Source of the DNA: a virus
Lineage: Duplodnaviria; Caudoviricetes
IMG/VR virus record: IMGVR_UViG_3300025601_000007
Strand: one strand, 5' to 3'
Length of the DNA stretch: 64,000 bases
In this document: positions 28,653 to 37,811 of the stretch, in pieces
Layout: each line of letters opens with the position of its first letter
Numbering within the stretch: position 1 is the first letter of the stretch
Translations under genes and position numbers: made by a program
Notes under the pieces: generated by a model
Seen by the model: only the letters and a program-made list of their open reading frames with translations
Database searches by the model: none
Told to the model about the DNA's origin: nothing

Positions 28653-29744
28653 ATGTCTGAAAAAATTAGCAACGAAGAACTTAAACACAAGATTGTTACC
28701 ACCATAAGAGAGGAAGGTCTTGACGGAATCTTTGGGGAGGAGGTTGTGCTTGCTATTCAAGAAAAAGTTAAGCACATGTACAAACAGCAGCTTGAGAAGT
28801 CTGTATTTGAAGACGTACCGCAAGAAGAGCTTCAAGAGGAAGTTCAGGAAGAGGAAGATGGGCTTCAAGAAACGGATACTAGACCGCCTGTGCAAGGTGG
28901 TCCAAATCAGTTTCCTTATGAAGATGATTTTATTGACTCAAATGCTGTACCAGGGCAAGACGTTGAGCAGGAAGATATAGGGATGACAGCTGGAGAGGCT
29001 GTGTCAAATGTTCCTTACACTCCTGTTCGTGCAAATACTGCACAAGTTCCCAAGCCATTACAAAACCAGGAGCCAGGTGAGATAATTGTGTTTGACTATA
29101 ATGATGTTGCAGCAGTAAGTGGCGAAGGGTTAGCTAACAAACCATTTAGAACAATGGATGACCCAGAGTCTTTGAAGACTATTCACGACTTTTGGATGCA
29201 GGAGGGTAAGACTGATGTTAAAGTGTACGCCGCTAAGTTTGAACAAATAGGGATTGTTAAGTACGATTACCGAAGTGGCACTGCACTGTTTACAGACGAC
29301 AAAGAAGCTCCAGAAGTGATAAAGCCTTCGTATCAAGAAAATCCTTATGCTACACCTAGCACTCCTCATATAGATGAGCCTTCAACAGAAATCGACCTCA
29401 GAAAATCTATTGAGTCATCTGTCGATTTGGAGGCTGTTTTGCTAAAGGTAATGAAAGACATTTTAAAAGATGGACTAGGTGTTGCGCAAGAGCCGACTGT
29501 GCCTACCGAAGTACCAACTGCTCCAGCTGCTCAGCCAGTATATGAGAGACAGACGAAAGAGAACGTTATTAATACGTTTAAAAAAGTTGAAACACCAGAG
29601 GCCATTCAAAATAGACTTCTGGGCGAAAATGATAATCGTGTGGAGTATTTAGGTCAGTCGTCAGAGTATGCGACGTATTTATTTAAAGATAAAAGATACG
29701 TCGTTTTTAATGAGAATGAAAAGACAGCATATCGTCAACCTTGA
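28653..29744 (+). CDS. Acidic Pro-rich hypothetical protein
   Basis: 363 aa; CTATTTAG at 28629. Confidence 0.75.
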   Translation: MSEKISNEELKHKIVTTIREEGLDGIFGEEVVLAIQEKVKHMYKQQLEKSVFEDVPQEELQEEVQEEEDGLQETDTRPPVQGGPNQFPYEDDFIDSNAVPGQDVEQEDIGMTAGEAVSNVPYTPVRANTAQVPKPLQNQEPGEIIVFDYNDVAAVSGEGLANKPFRTMDDPESLKTIHDFWMQEGKTDVKVYAAKFEQIGIVKYDYRSGTALFTDDKEAPEVIKPSYQENPYATPSTPHIDEPSTEIDLRKSIESSVDLEAVLLKVMKDILKDGLGVAQEPTVPTEVPTAPAAQPVYERQTKENVINTFKKVETPEAIQNRLLGENDNRVEYLGQSSEYATYLFKDKRYVVFNENEKTAYRQP

Positions 29745-29784
29745 TATTAAGAGGATAATTGACTATTAATTATAAAATAAAAAC

Positions 29785-30060
29785 ATGGAAACAGTTTGGA
29801 AAATAACTAACACAGGAAGATTAGACAAGATTAAGTTCACCGTTGCTATCGCATCGAATAAATCTCCAGGAGTATTCTTAAAGAAAGACGAATTTATTCT
29901 TTCACAAAAAAGAATGACTACAATGCTTGATGCCCAAGCCAAGAGAGGCTACGTGGCAATTGAAGAATTTGAAAATGTAGACAACATCGTTATCGGAGAG
30001 GTAATGAAGATGTCGGATTCTGAGTACGCTCAGAAGCGAGTTCAAGATTACTCTAAGTGA
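29785..30060 (+). CDS. Hypothetical protein whose stop codon is supplied by the IS end
   Basis: 91 aa; TGA lies within GTGAACTACCC. Confidence 0.7.
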   Translation: METVWKITNTGRLDKIKFTVAIASNKSPGVFLKKDEFILSQKRMTTMLDAQAKRGYVAIEEFENVDNIVIGEVMKMSDSEYAQKRVQDYSK

Positions 30061-30290
30061 ACTACCCACCCACGCCAGAGGCGATGGGATGGGCTTCAAG
30101 GGTCAACGCTCCAACTAGTGTTGGCAACTTACCTTGATTTTTTCTGTCAGTTCCTGACAAAATATTTCTTAATGTACAAAAATACAAAAGTTTAAAGAAA
30201 TAACAAAATTTATTTAAAATAATTAAGATAAGGTCGCTTACATCCCACCCACACTACGTGATGAGTGGGCTTTACGCTCCGTAATGTAAA
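30057..30290. mobile_element. Non-autonomous IS200/IS605-type mini-element (both ends, no tnpA/tnpB)
   Basis: GTGAACTACCC plus hairpin 30065-30093 at the left; CGCTTACATCCC plus hairpin 30244-30269 and TTTACGCTCCG at the right. Confidence 0.7.
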
Positions 30291-30677
30291 AATGCAATTC
30301 AAGGTCAAAAAGAAGGAAGGCTAAAATGTGCTCCAGTATCAAAAGCTGAAAGAGAGATAGTAAATAGACTCAGAGAAAAAAGCATAAAATCTGAATCTCA
30401 GTTTTCGTTAGAATCATTCAAGTTCGACATATACATCCCTGATAAAAATCTTCTTATAGAATATAATGGAGACTATTGGCATTGTAATCCTTTAAAATAT
30501 TTACCTAGTTTTATTCATCCTCATAAAAACAAAACAGCTAAAGAACTTTGGAAAGCTGATGATAATAAGAAAAAGCTTGCAATTAAGTCTGGATTCAATC
30601 ACCTTACTATTTGGGAATCTGAATATAATGCAGATAAAAATAAAATAATAGAATCACTGATATCATATGGAGAATAA
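30285..30677 (+). pseudogene. 5'-truncated Vsr/DUF559-like endonuclease
   Basis: Start-less open frame: SKAEREI...FDIYIPDKNLLIEYNGDYWHCNP...LTIWESEY. Confidence 0.8.
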
Positions 30678-31956
30678 AAGAATTAAATTGCTAGTTTGCC
30701 CGTCAGATGTGCAAGGCGTCGGGCATTTTCGCTCAATCTGGATGGCTCAGCAACTTAGGAAATCCCACAAAGAGGAGCTCCAAATTAAGATTGATGTCAC
30801 TCCTGATTTTACCAATATAAACTACCTGTCATCATTTGATATAATTCATTTCCACAGACAGCTTGGGCCATTTGAAGCATCTGAGAAACTATTCGCGGAG
30901 CTTCAATCCAAAGGGACTGTGCTGGTGATGGATATTGACGACTTCTGGAGTCCGCCTCCAACTCACCCTCTTTATGATTTGGTGAAAGCTGAAAAAATTG
31001 ACAAGCATATAGAGAACAATTTGAAACTTGTTGATTGGGTCACTACGACCACAGAGATTTTTGCAGAAAAAATCAAAGAGGTCAATAAAAATGTGGTTGT
31101 GATTCCGAACGCTGTAAACCCCGAAGCTAAGATGTGGAGGAGTGAAGCGGTTCCAAACCCTACTGACCGTACAAGAGTTGCTTGGATTGGTGGGTCATCT
31201 CACTTACATGACTTGTTTCTTCTGCGTGACTCAATGGAGATGCTTAATAAGGACCAAGAGCTGAAGGATAAGACACAGATTGTAATGTGTGGATTTGATA
31301 CCAGAGGTAATCTGACCAGCATCGACGACAATGGGAACAGGCACGAAAGACCTATCCAACCACACGAGACGATTTGGATGCAATTCGAAAGAATATTTAC
31401 AGCAGACTACCAGCTTCTAAAAGAGGACAAGGAGTATTTTAACTGGCTGTATAAAATTAAAAATGAAAAGTATCCAAACATGGATGAAAAACCATATTTG
31501 AGACGCTGGACTTTACCTTTGAAAACATATGCAACCCATTACGACCATTGTGATGTTTGTTTAGCTCCTCTAGTAGACCATTACACTCAACAAGTAGGTC
31601 AGGGCCAGAAGGCAAAAATAGTTAAGCGACCTCACATTTTCAACAAAGTAAAATCTGAGTTGAAAGTTATTGAAGCGGGTGTTAAAAGAAAAGCGCTAAT
31701 CGCGCAAGATTTCGGAATCTATTCTAAGACTATTAAAGACGGCGAGACGGGTATTTTGGTTAAGAACAACAAAAAGGGGTGGTATAACGCCATTAAGCAG
31801 GTTGTCGATGACCCTGGGTACCGACAGGAGCTTGCAGACAATCTTCACGACTGGGTGATGGATGAATATTCCATCGATAGAATTAATGGAATCAGAGCAA
31901 GTTTCTACGAGCAAGTTTACGAGGGAATGAAACAAAAAGACAAAATCATCGTATAG
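30667..31956 (+). CDS. Glycosyltransferase, GT-B/GT4-like (phage type)
   Basis: GVGHFRS, DIDDFW, WIGGSSHLHD, FNKVKSELKVIEAG. Confidence 0.85.
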   Translation: MENKRIKLLVCPSDVQGVGHFRSIWMAQQLRKSHKEELQIKIDVTPDFTNINYLSSFDIIHFHRQLGPFEASEKLFAELQSKGTVLVMDIDDFWSPPPTHPLYDLVKAEKIDKHIENNLKLVDWVTTTTEIFAEKIKEVNKNVVVIPNAVNPEAKMWRSEAVPNPTDRTRVAWIGGSSHLHDLFLLRDSMEMLNKDQELKDKTQIVMCGFDTRGNLTSIDDNGNRHERPIQPHETIWMQFERIFTADYQLLKEDKEYFNWLYKIKNEKYPNMDEKPYLRRWTLPLKTYATHYDHCDVCLAPLVDHYTQQVGQGQKAKIVKRPHIFNKVKSELKVIEAGVKRKALIAQDFGIYSKTIKDGETGILVKNNKKGWYNAIKQVVDDPGYRQELADNLHDWVMDEYSIDRINGIRASFYEQVYEGMKQKDKIIV

Positions 31957-32013
31957 TTAGGTATAACTACATGAGAACAAAGATACAGCTTAGATAAGAA
32001 AATAAAATGATTA

Positions 32014-32196
32014 GTGAGAAGAAACTATAAAATAGAAAGGCTGGAGAACGGTGAAACGTTTACCACAAAAGAACGAGGGAGCTCAATGGTTCCTTTGATT
32101 CATTCAAACCAAGAACACGTCCTGGCTCCATTAGAACTAAGTAATGCAAAAGTAGGCGACATTGTCTATTGCAAAGTAAGAGGAGGGCTTTACACA
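32014..32196 (+). pseudogene. 5' half of a split S24/S26-like small peptidase-fold gene
   Basis: RGSSMVPLI...VGDIVYCKVRGGLYT, then unrelated sequence. Confidence 0.7.
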
Positions 32197-32198
32197 AA

Positions 32199-32486
32199 TT
32201 ATCACACTCTCCCCTCTTCTTGTGCGCCGCCCTTCTTCCATCGATGAAAGCTGTACTCTAAGCTCTCTCTATTTTTTTGGCTTATGAGTTTCATTAAAAA
32301 CCTTCTTCGATATAGTCCATACTATCGTATATCTCACTTAGATATTCTCTGTTTATAGAAATTCCAACTTTCAACTTATCTGAATTTCTTTCACCAACTT
32401 CCTCCAGGGTATCCGATAATCTCAACCAGAAGCTCGCACCCTATAAAGAGCAGTACTGTTAAAATTGTAAATATTAATGTTTTCAT
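32199..32486 (-). pseudogene. Frameshifted small lipoprotein-like gene inside the insertion
   Basis: MKTLIFTILTVLLFIGC signal/lipobox-like start, then continuation in shifted frames (DTLEEVGERNSDKLK...). Confidence 0.4.
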
Positions 32487-32615
32487 GATTTTATTTTAAT
32501 ATACGTGGTTATTAGAAAAAAGTTTCTACGAGTGTAAAAATTTACAGCACTGTTCACTGTGAAGTACGAGGACGACTACATGTTATTTTTACTTATTTAT
32601 AGGTAAAATACATGC

Positions 32616-33452
32616 ATGATAATCTACAAAACAACGAACGTAATAAATAAAAAAATCTACATAGGGCAAGACTCAAATGACAATCCTAAATATTTAGGGT
32701 CGGGGTTACTTCTTCATAAAGCGATTAAGAAATATGGAAAAGATAATTTTAAAAAGGAAGTGCTAGAGGTTTGTTCCGACAGAAAGTGTTTAAATAAGCA
32801 GGAAATATATTGGATTAAATTTTATAAAGCGACTGACAAGGAAATTGGATACAATATATCTGAAGGCGGAACTGGTGGTAAATTAGTTCTTGTTGAGGGT
32901 AAAAAAGGTAAAACTTATGAAGAATACTATGGAGAGAAGAAAGCGAAAGAGCTAAAGGCTCTTTTTTCTAAAATTAGAAAAGGAAAAAAAAGAAAATACG
33001 TCAATATAACAGCTGAGGAAGTAGGTAAAAAGGTAGGCAAAGCATTAAAAGGGAGAAAAGTATCCAATGAATGTAAGGGTAAAATTAGTAATACGCTAAA
33101 GAAGTATTTTCAAACAGAAAAAGGGATTAAATCAAGAAAAAGCATTAGCGGATTTCACACTGGAAGAAAACATAGTGAAGAAAGTAATAAAAAAAGAAGT
33201 GACGCCATGAAAGGGAGACGGCCAAAAATAATGGACATTCACCCCAGTGCTCGATATTGGTTTTTTTATGACAATAAAAATAAACTAATTTTCGAAACAC
33301 TTGGAGATAAAAAGCATGCCTTAGAAAAGCTAAAAACAAATCAAAGAAAATTAGTGACTTTTGATAATTTGAACGATTGCTTAAATTATAAATTAGAAGA
33401 CAGTAAGCATTTTAAAGTTTTTTATAAAAAGTATTATAAAAAGAAAACCTAA
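32616..33452 (+). CDS. GIY-YIG homing endonuclease (Seg-like) with NUMOD3-like repeats
   Basis: IIYKTTNVINKKIYIGQ, YLGSG, YNISEGG, GRKHSEESNKKRS. Confidence 0.92.
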   Translation: MIIYKTTNVINKKIYIGQDSNDNPKYLGSGLLLHKAIKKYGKDNFKKEVLEVCSDRKCLNKQEIYWIKFYKATDKEIGYNISEGGTGGKLVLVEGKKGKTYEEYYGEKKAKELKALFSKIRKGKKRKYVNITAEEVGKKVGKALKGRKVSNECKGKISNTLKKYFQTEKGIKSRKSISGFHTGRKHSEESNKKRSDAMKGRRPKIMDIHPSARYWFFYDNKNKLIFETLGDKKHALEKLKTNQRKLVTFDNLNDCLNYKLEDSKHFKVFYKKYYKKKT

Positions 33453-33453
33453 C

Positions 33454-33567
33454 CTGGTCAAAGCTTTAGACCCGCAAAAAGGTTGTTTGATTGGAAATAA
33501 TAAAGGCGGTACAAACGGGTGGACTCGACAAGTATACGGAAAGGTTACTGAAGTTCTTCCTCAATAG
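33454..33567 (+). pseudogene. 3' half of the split S24/S26-like gene
   Basis: LVKALDPQKGCLIGNNKGGTNGWTRQVYGKVTEVLPQ*, same frame as 32014, no start codon. Confidence 0.7.
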
Positions 33568-33859
33568 ACTCTTCCCTCGGCGCTGGCTTATTCAAAAGCA
33601 CTCTCAGGGCCGAAACGGATTTCATAAACTCTTGCTTATCGTCAGCGTCGCCAGCATCAAGCATGCTTACGGTATTTTCCTCTAGTTGTCTGTAAAATAC
33701 ATCTGGAGCTTCGAACGTTTTCTGCTCAAACAACTCTCCTGAGACGTGGTCGAAGAAATTGTTCAGGCACATATTTAAAACTTTCGTCTTATCCTTCCCT
33801 TTTTTTCCAGCTATCTCAAGAATCTCTAGAATTTGTTCTGCATGCTTCGTTGCGTCCAT
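33545..33859 (-). CDS. Hypothetical protein
   Basis: Likely start ATG 33859 after a TATATTTG box. Confidence 0.65.
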   Translation of the reverse strand: MDATKHAEQILEILEIAGKKGKDKTKVLNMCLNNFFDHVSGELFEQKTFEAPDVFYRQLEENTVSMLDAGDADDKQEFMKSVSALRVLLNKPAPREESIEEELQ

Positions 33860-33894
33860 TTTTATAATATTAATTTTCAAATATAGCGAAAAAC

Positions 33895-33925
33895 AAAAAG
33901 GCCTCACATTTCTGCAAGGCCTTTT
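33895..33925 (-). terminator. Intrinsic terminator
   Basis: AAAAGGCCT...AGGCCTTTTT on the minus strand, after the VWA gene. Confidence 0.75.
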
Positions 33926-33944
33926 ATTTTAAAACTTTTCAACT

Positions 33945-36242
33945 TTAAATCTTGATTGCAGACATCTTGTCTTCAAGAATAAACTTGCGCTCCTGGTTGT
34001 CCACCTCAAGCGTAAGCTCTTTGTCGTCTCTCGACTCCAAATCCGTGAACCAGCTCTTTCCGACAATAGTCAAGAACTTCGTTCTAGAAATACTGTTCTC
34101 CAGGTCACGTTTTTCCTTTCTGATTAACTCCGACTTGTTGTCAATCCAATCTTGAATCATGTTTGTGCGCTTTGTGTCATCCATCGATTCAACCATTTTA
34201 TAGAATTCAGAAAACTCCTTGATGTGTGGTTCGAGAATTTCTTCTCTCTCAGTAAGCGGCTTGCTTGCCTCAAACTTCTCAACAACTCCCTTAGCGGAAG
34301 GAAGAGAAGATAGTTTGTCGATTTTAACCTCCATCGTATTCACCATCGCTTCCTCAGTTGTTGGAGTCAAAGTTACTTTAGGGTTGAATCCATAAGAACT
34401 AATTCCAATCTCTTTCAACCACGCAGTAGCTTCTTCACCATAAGTGTCAGCGAATGATTTCGATGCACCGTCTAGGTAACACTTCTTGTAGTAGTTGAAT
34501 ACTGAGTTTCTCGCTTTCAACTTGGTAAGAGCGTAATGGTTTCTGAACAACTCCTCGGCGGATGCTTCTCTAACCATTTTCTGATTGATAACTGGAAGAC
34601 TTGAAAAGTCTAAGTCATAAACAGAATTAGCGTTGTAGATTTCATCTTTAAGGAGTCCGTTGTCCTGGAGTTTTTCGAATGTATCCGAATCCAATGATAC
34701 TGGAAGGATATATGTGTGAATCACTCCGTCTTTAATGATGTTGTAGTTACGAAATATGTTCGTGTCAAACCTTTCTGGTAAACCAAAACTGTTTGTTGGA
34801 AGACTTACGTAGCCTTTATACGTCACTTGAACAGAAAGGTTTGCTCTTTTGTTATTCCACGTGAGTGAAGTAATTGGGAAGCCTTTGTCTTTGTCTTCGT
34901 TGATGAAGCCAATTTTGTTGTCTTTGATTTTTTGCAACATAGACATTGCATCATCAATCTTATTCTCAGAGAGAAGTAAGTCAACTTGTTCTCTATCCGT
35001 GTCTGAAACGTCTTTGCGCTCAGTTTTTCTAGACATGCGCTTGTACTTCATTTGAGAAGGATACCATTTAGCGTCCTCAGAAGTCATTAAGTCGTCAATC
35101 ATGTCCATGACACAATAAGCATCTTCTGCAGGCTCCAAGTCTGGGTTATATCCATCCCTGAACATTTTTTCAGGGTCTTGCATCGTTGCCATCAACTCAG
35201 CTTCAAGCTCGTTGATTTTCTGAGTACCAAAAGTGTTTGCTTTTCTTACAATGAAATATGCGTCACCCACTACTCTAAGCATGTCAGAGATTGTGTTGAA
35301 GTCGTTACTTCTTGAGTAAGCCATCATACCAGCGTACATCGGTTGTAAGATGTTAGAGTACGCATCTGGGGTTCCTGATGCAAGTTTATAGTCCACGGTA
35401 TCGATTTCCGTCGAAGTACGCGGCGCTGAGCTTGTCATGTAAGATACAGTGCTGATTGATTCTGGGTCAACGAAAACTTCGTTGTCAGAGTTTACTTTGT
35501 AAGAGATGACATTTCCTTCGTCGTCATACGAGTAAGCAAAGCCATCAATGGCGTTCTCTGAGAGAGTAACATACTTTCTCGCTGACATCATTTTCTGAGT
35601 AAACTGCTTTTCCATGTACGGCTCGTAGTCTTGGAAGTCTTCTGCGAAGATGTGTGCTCCACCAACCTCAGTAGCCATCTTGTTTAACAAGTCTTTGTTG
35701 CAGTAGTAACCGTACTCAACAATCGTAGCCGAAGCCAGGTTTGGAGCAATTTCACTTACTGATTCTAGAATTTGGCTCTCGCTCCATCCGTTGTCATAAC
35801 CATCTGTCAAAAAGAATAGCGAGTAAAGCTTGCCTGAATTTCTCTCTCTATCGTTGTTAATTAGGGCCTGAGCTTCTTGTAGTGGTTCACAGAATGTTGT
35901 AAGTCCACGTGAAGTAAGTTGTGAATCAATAAGTTTTTTAAGGTTTTTAAGACTTGTGTCGCTTTTGACCTGGAAGTCTTCAACAAGTACGCCGTACTGC
36001 CCTTTTCCAGAAAACCAGATGATTGAGACCGAATCTGTATCTCTTAGTAGGGTTGAGATTTTGTTGTATAGGTCTTTTCTGATTTCCAATAATTCATTCC
36101 ACATCGAACCTGAACAGTCGATTATAAAAAGATGGTGAGTAGGCGACGCCGTTGGCTTTATGTCCCTGGGTGTGTCTGTTGTGAATTCTTCACTCAAAAG
36201 AAATCGACCATCCTTTAATTTAGTGTGTTTATAATTAGCCAT
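33945..36242 (-). CDS. Large VWA-domain protein
   Basis: FIIDCSGSM MIDAS, LTTFCEPL, FFLTDGYDN; 765 aa. Confidence 0.85.
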   Translation of the reverse strand: MANYKHTKLKDGRFLLSEEFTTDTPRDIKPTASPTHHLFIIDCSGSMWNELLEIRKDLYNKISTLLRDTDSVSIIWFSGKGQYGVLVEDFQVKSDTSLKNLKKLIDSQLTSRGLTTFCEPLQEAQALINNDRERNSGKLYSLFFLTDGYDNGWSESQILESVSEIAPNLASATIVEYGYYCNKDLLNKMATEVGGAHIFAEDFQDYEPYMEKQFTQKMMSARKYVTLSENAIDGFAYSYDDEGNVISYKVNSDNEVFVDPESISTVSYMTSSAPRTSTEIDTVDYKLASGTPDAYSNILQPMYAGMMAYSRSNDFNTISDMLRVVGDAYFIVRKANTFGTQKINELEAELMATMQDPEKMFRDGYNPDLEPAEDAYCVMDMIDDLMTSEDAKWYPSQMKYKRMSRKTERKDVSDTDREQVDLLLSENKIDDAMSMLQKIKDNKIGFINEDKDKGFPITSLTWNNKRANLSVQVTYKGYVSLPTNSFGLPERFDTNIFRNYNIIKDGVIHTYILPVSLDSDTFEKLQDNGLLKDEIYNANSVYDLDFSSLPVINQKMVREASAEELFRNHYALTKLKARNSVFNYYKKCYLDGASKSFADTYGEEATAWLKEIGISSYGFNPKVTLTPTTEEAMVNTMEVKIDKLSSLPSAKGVVEKFEASKPLTEREEILEPHIKEFSEFYKMVESMDDTKRTNMIQDWIDNKSELIRKEKRDLENSISRTKFLTIVGKSWFTDLESRDDKELTLEVDNQERKFILEDKMSAIKI

Positions 36243-36374
36243 GTGATGTATTGATTTTGTTTAATTTGTGTGTTATAATTCTAACGAAAATCAATATTTT
36301 TATCCACAAAGCAGCCCTATTGCTTCAATGGGTTTTCTTTTTCTCTTTTGTCAGTTATTTATGAAAAACACGCA

Positions 36375-37202
36375 ATGATGAAGATGACTTCACTAAACTT
36401 CGGAGTATTAAAGGAATCAATCGCTAAAAAGGCATCTGTCGAACTATCTAGAGGATACGAGGGTGACACTCTTATGCGATTTATGGAAACTGTAAAAAAG
36501 AGTCCTTCTCTGAAAAGACAGCATTTTATTTATAAAAACATTGAGATGGCTAAGCCGTTTGAGAAAGAGAGTCTTGCTGAGAGGTTTCTTAATCAGAATT
36601 TAACTTTAATTAAAAGCCTTAAGTGGCACAAGATTACTGCTGAGAATTTAAAGCTTAGAACAAATCTTCTTGGAGCTCCAGATAAATCAACTGTTACAGC
36701 ACGCGAAGACAAAAGAGGTTTGTATGAGGCAATTAACACACTAATTGAATCTAACACAAACACTGCTTTCAACGATTTTGAGTCAGAAGCAAATGCTTAC
36801 AGTGAAATAATTACCCATCTTACACGAGAAGTAAAAGAAGAATCTTCTAAGAGCGACGAAATAGCAACTCATCCTAAACTTGGTAAAGCTTGGGAATACA
36901 TCACAAAAAATGCTGTATCAAACTTTAACGAAAGATTTTCTCACTTAAATGAAGACGAGCAACAGTTGTTTAAGGTTCTCACTGCAGAAGGAGAGCAGAG
37001 AATAACTTATATAAAAACACTTAGAGAGGAAACTCGAAAAAATCTTCAAAGGAAACTAGATGTGTGCACATTAAGAGAAGACATCACTTTGCTTGAGACG
37101 TTTAAAGAAAAGCTTATGCGAGAAGTTGGGGCTGAAATTTTAGTGAGTGACGAGTACATTTTTCACGTAGCAGACTTAAACCAGACGCTTAAGAAATTAT
37201 AA
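36375..37202 (+). CDS. Hypothetical protein (head module)
   Basis: Start shifted to ATG 36375, downstream of TTATTTAT 36355-36362. Confidence 0.7.
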   Translation: MMKMTSLNFGVLKESIAKKASVELSRGYEGDTLMRFMETVKKSPSLKRQHFIYKNIEMAKPFEKESLAERFLNQNLTLIKSLKWHKITAENLKLRTNLLGAPDKSTVTAREDKRGLYEAINTLIESNTNTAFNDFESEANAYSEIITHLTREVKEESSKSDEIATHPKLGKAWEYITKNAVSNFNERFSHLNEDEQQLFKVLTAEGEQRITYIKTLREETRKNLQRKLDVCTLREDITLLETFKEKLMREVGAEILVSDEYIFHVADLNQTLKKL

Positions 37203-37238
37203 ATTTGATTTTTTAGAAACTCATTACTATATTATGTA

Positions 37239-37760
37239 ATGAGCAGAGTAATTGAAAGAGCCGCAAGAGAGTTAGCAGTTCCATCAGTGGAATTAAATAA
37301 TTCTAAAGTAAAAGTAAAGATTGGAGCAACTGAAAAACGTGATGCCCCAACTACGGTTTATATTCAAGTAAGTTTTTGGACGAAACCAGCACCAAAGCAC
37401 GTCAACATGTCAAATCAAGAGTTACATCGACTTATTGATAAAAACATAAACAGAGCTTTTAAAAGCTCTGCTTCTAAAGAGCTTGAACAGCATTATTATT
37501 TTACAAAGCCAAAAGACAATATCACAATTTGGAATATTCCAGATAACTTGAATTATAACTCTAAAAGAAATTACATCTCTCTAGAGTTGTATCTCCACAC
37601 ACTAAACACCGACAGCAAAAATGAGAGCTATCCGCTCCATTCTAAGAAAGACAGAAGGTTGTACGAGTCTGCCTTAGACATAGCTAATGTGTTTGCCGAC
37701 TCAGCTTTCTTCCAAGGTGAGGGAGACTTCCAAATATTCAAAACCGCATCTCAAGTCTAA
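37239..37760 (+). CDS. Hypothetical protein
   Basis: 173-aa ORF. Confidence 0.7.
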   Translation: MSRVIERAARELAVPSVELNNSKVKVKIGATEKRDAPTTVYIQVSFWTKPAPKHVNMSNQELHRLIDKNINRAFKSSASKELEQHYYFTKPKDNITIWNIPDNLNYNSKRNYISLELYLHTLNTDSKNESYPLHSKKDRRLYESALDIANVFADSAFFQGEGDFQIFKTASQV

Positions 37761-37811
37761 AGGGCTGCATTCTGCGAATTTCCAATCTATTTATGGGAAA
37801 CACAGAATGCT

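Noticed and set aside
32197-33453. Group I intron in the S24/S26-like gene
   Set aside because: The 5' exon does not end in U, the insert does not end in G, and the endonuclease stop abuts the 3' junction, leaving no room for P7-P9.
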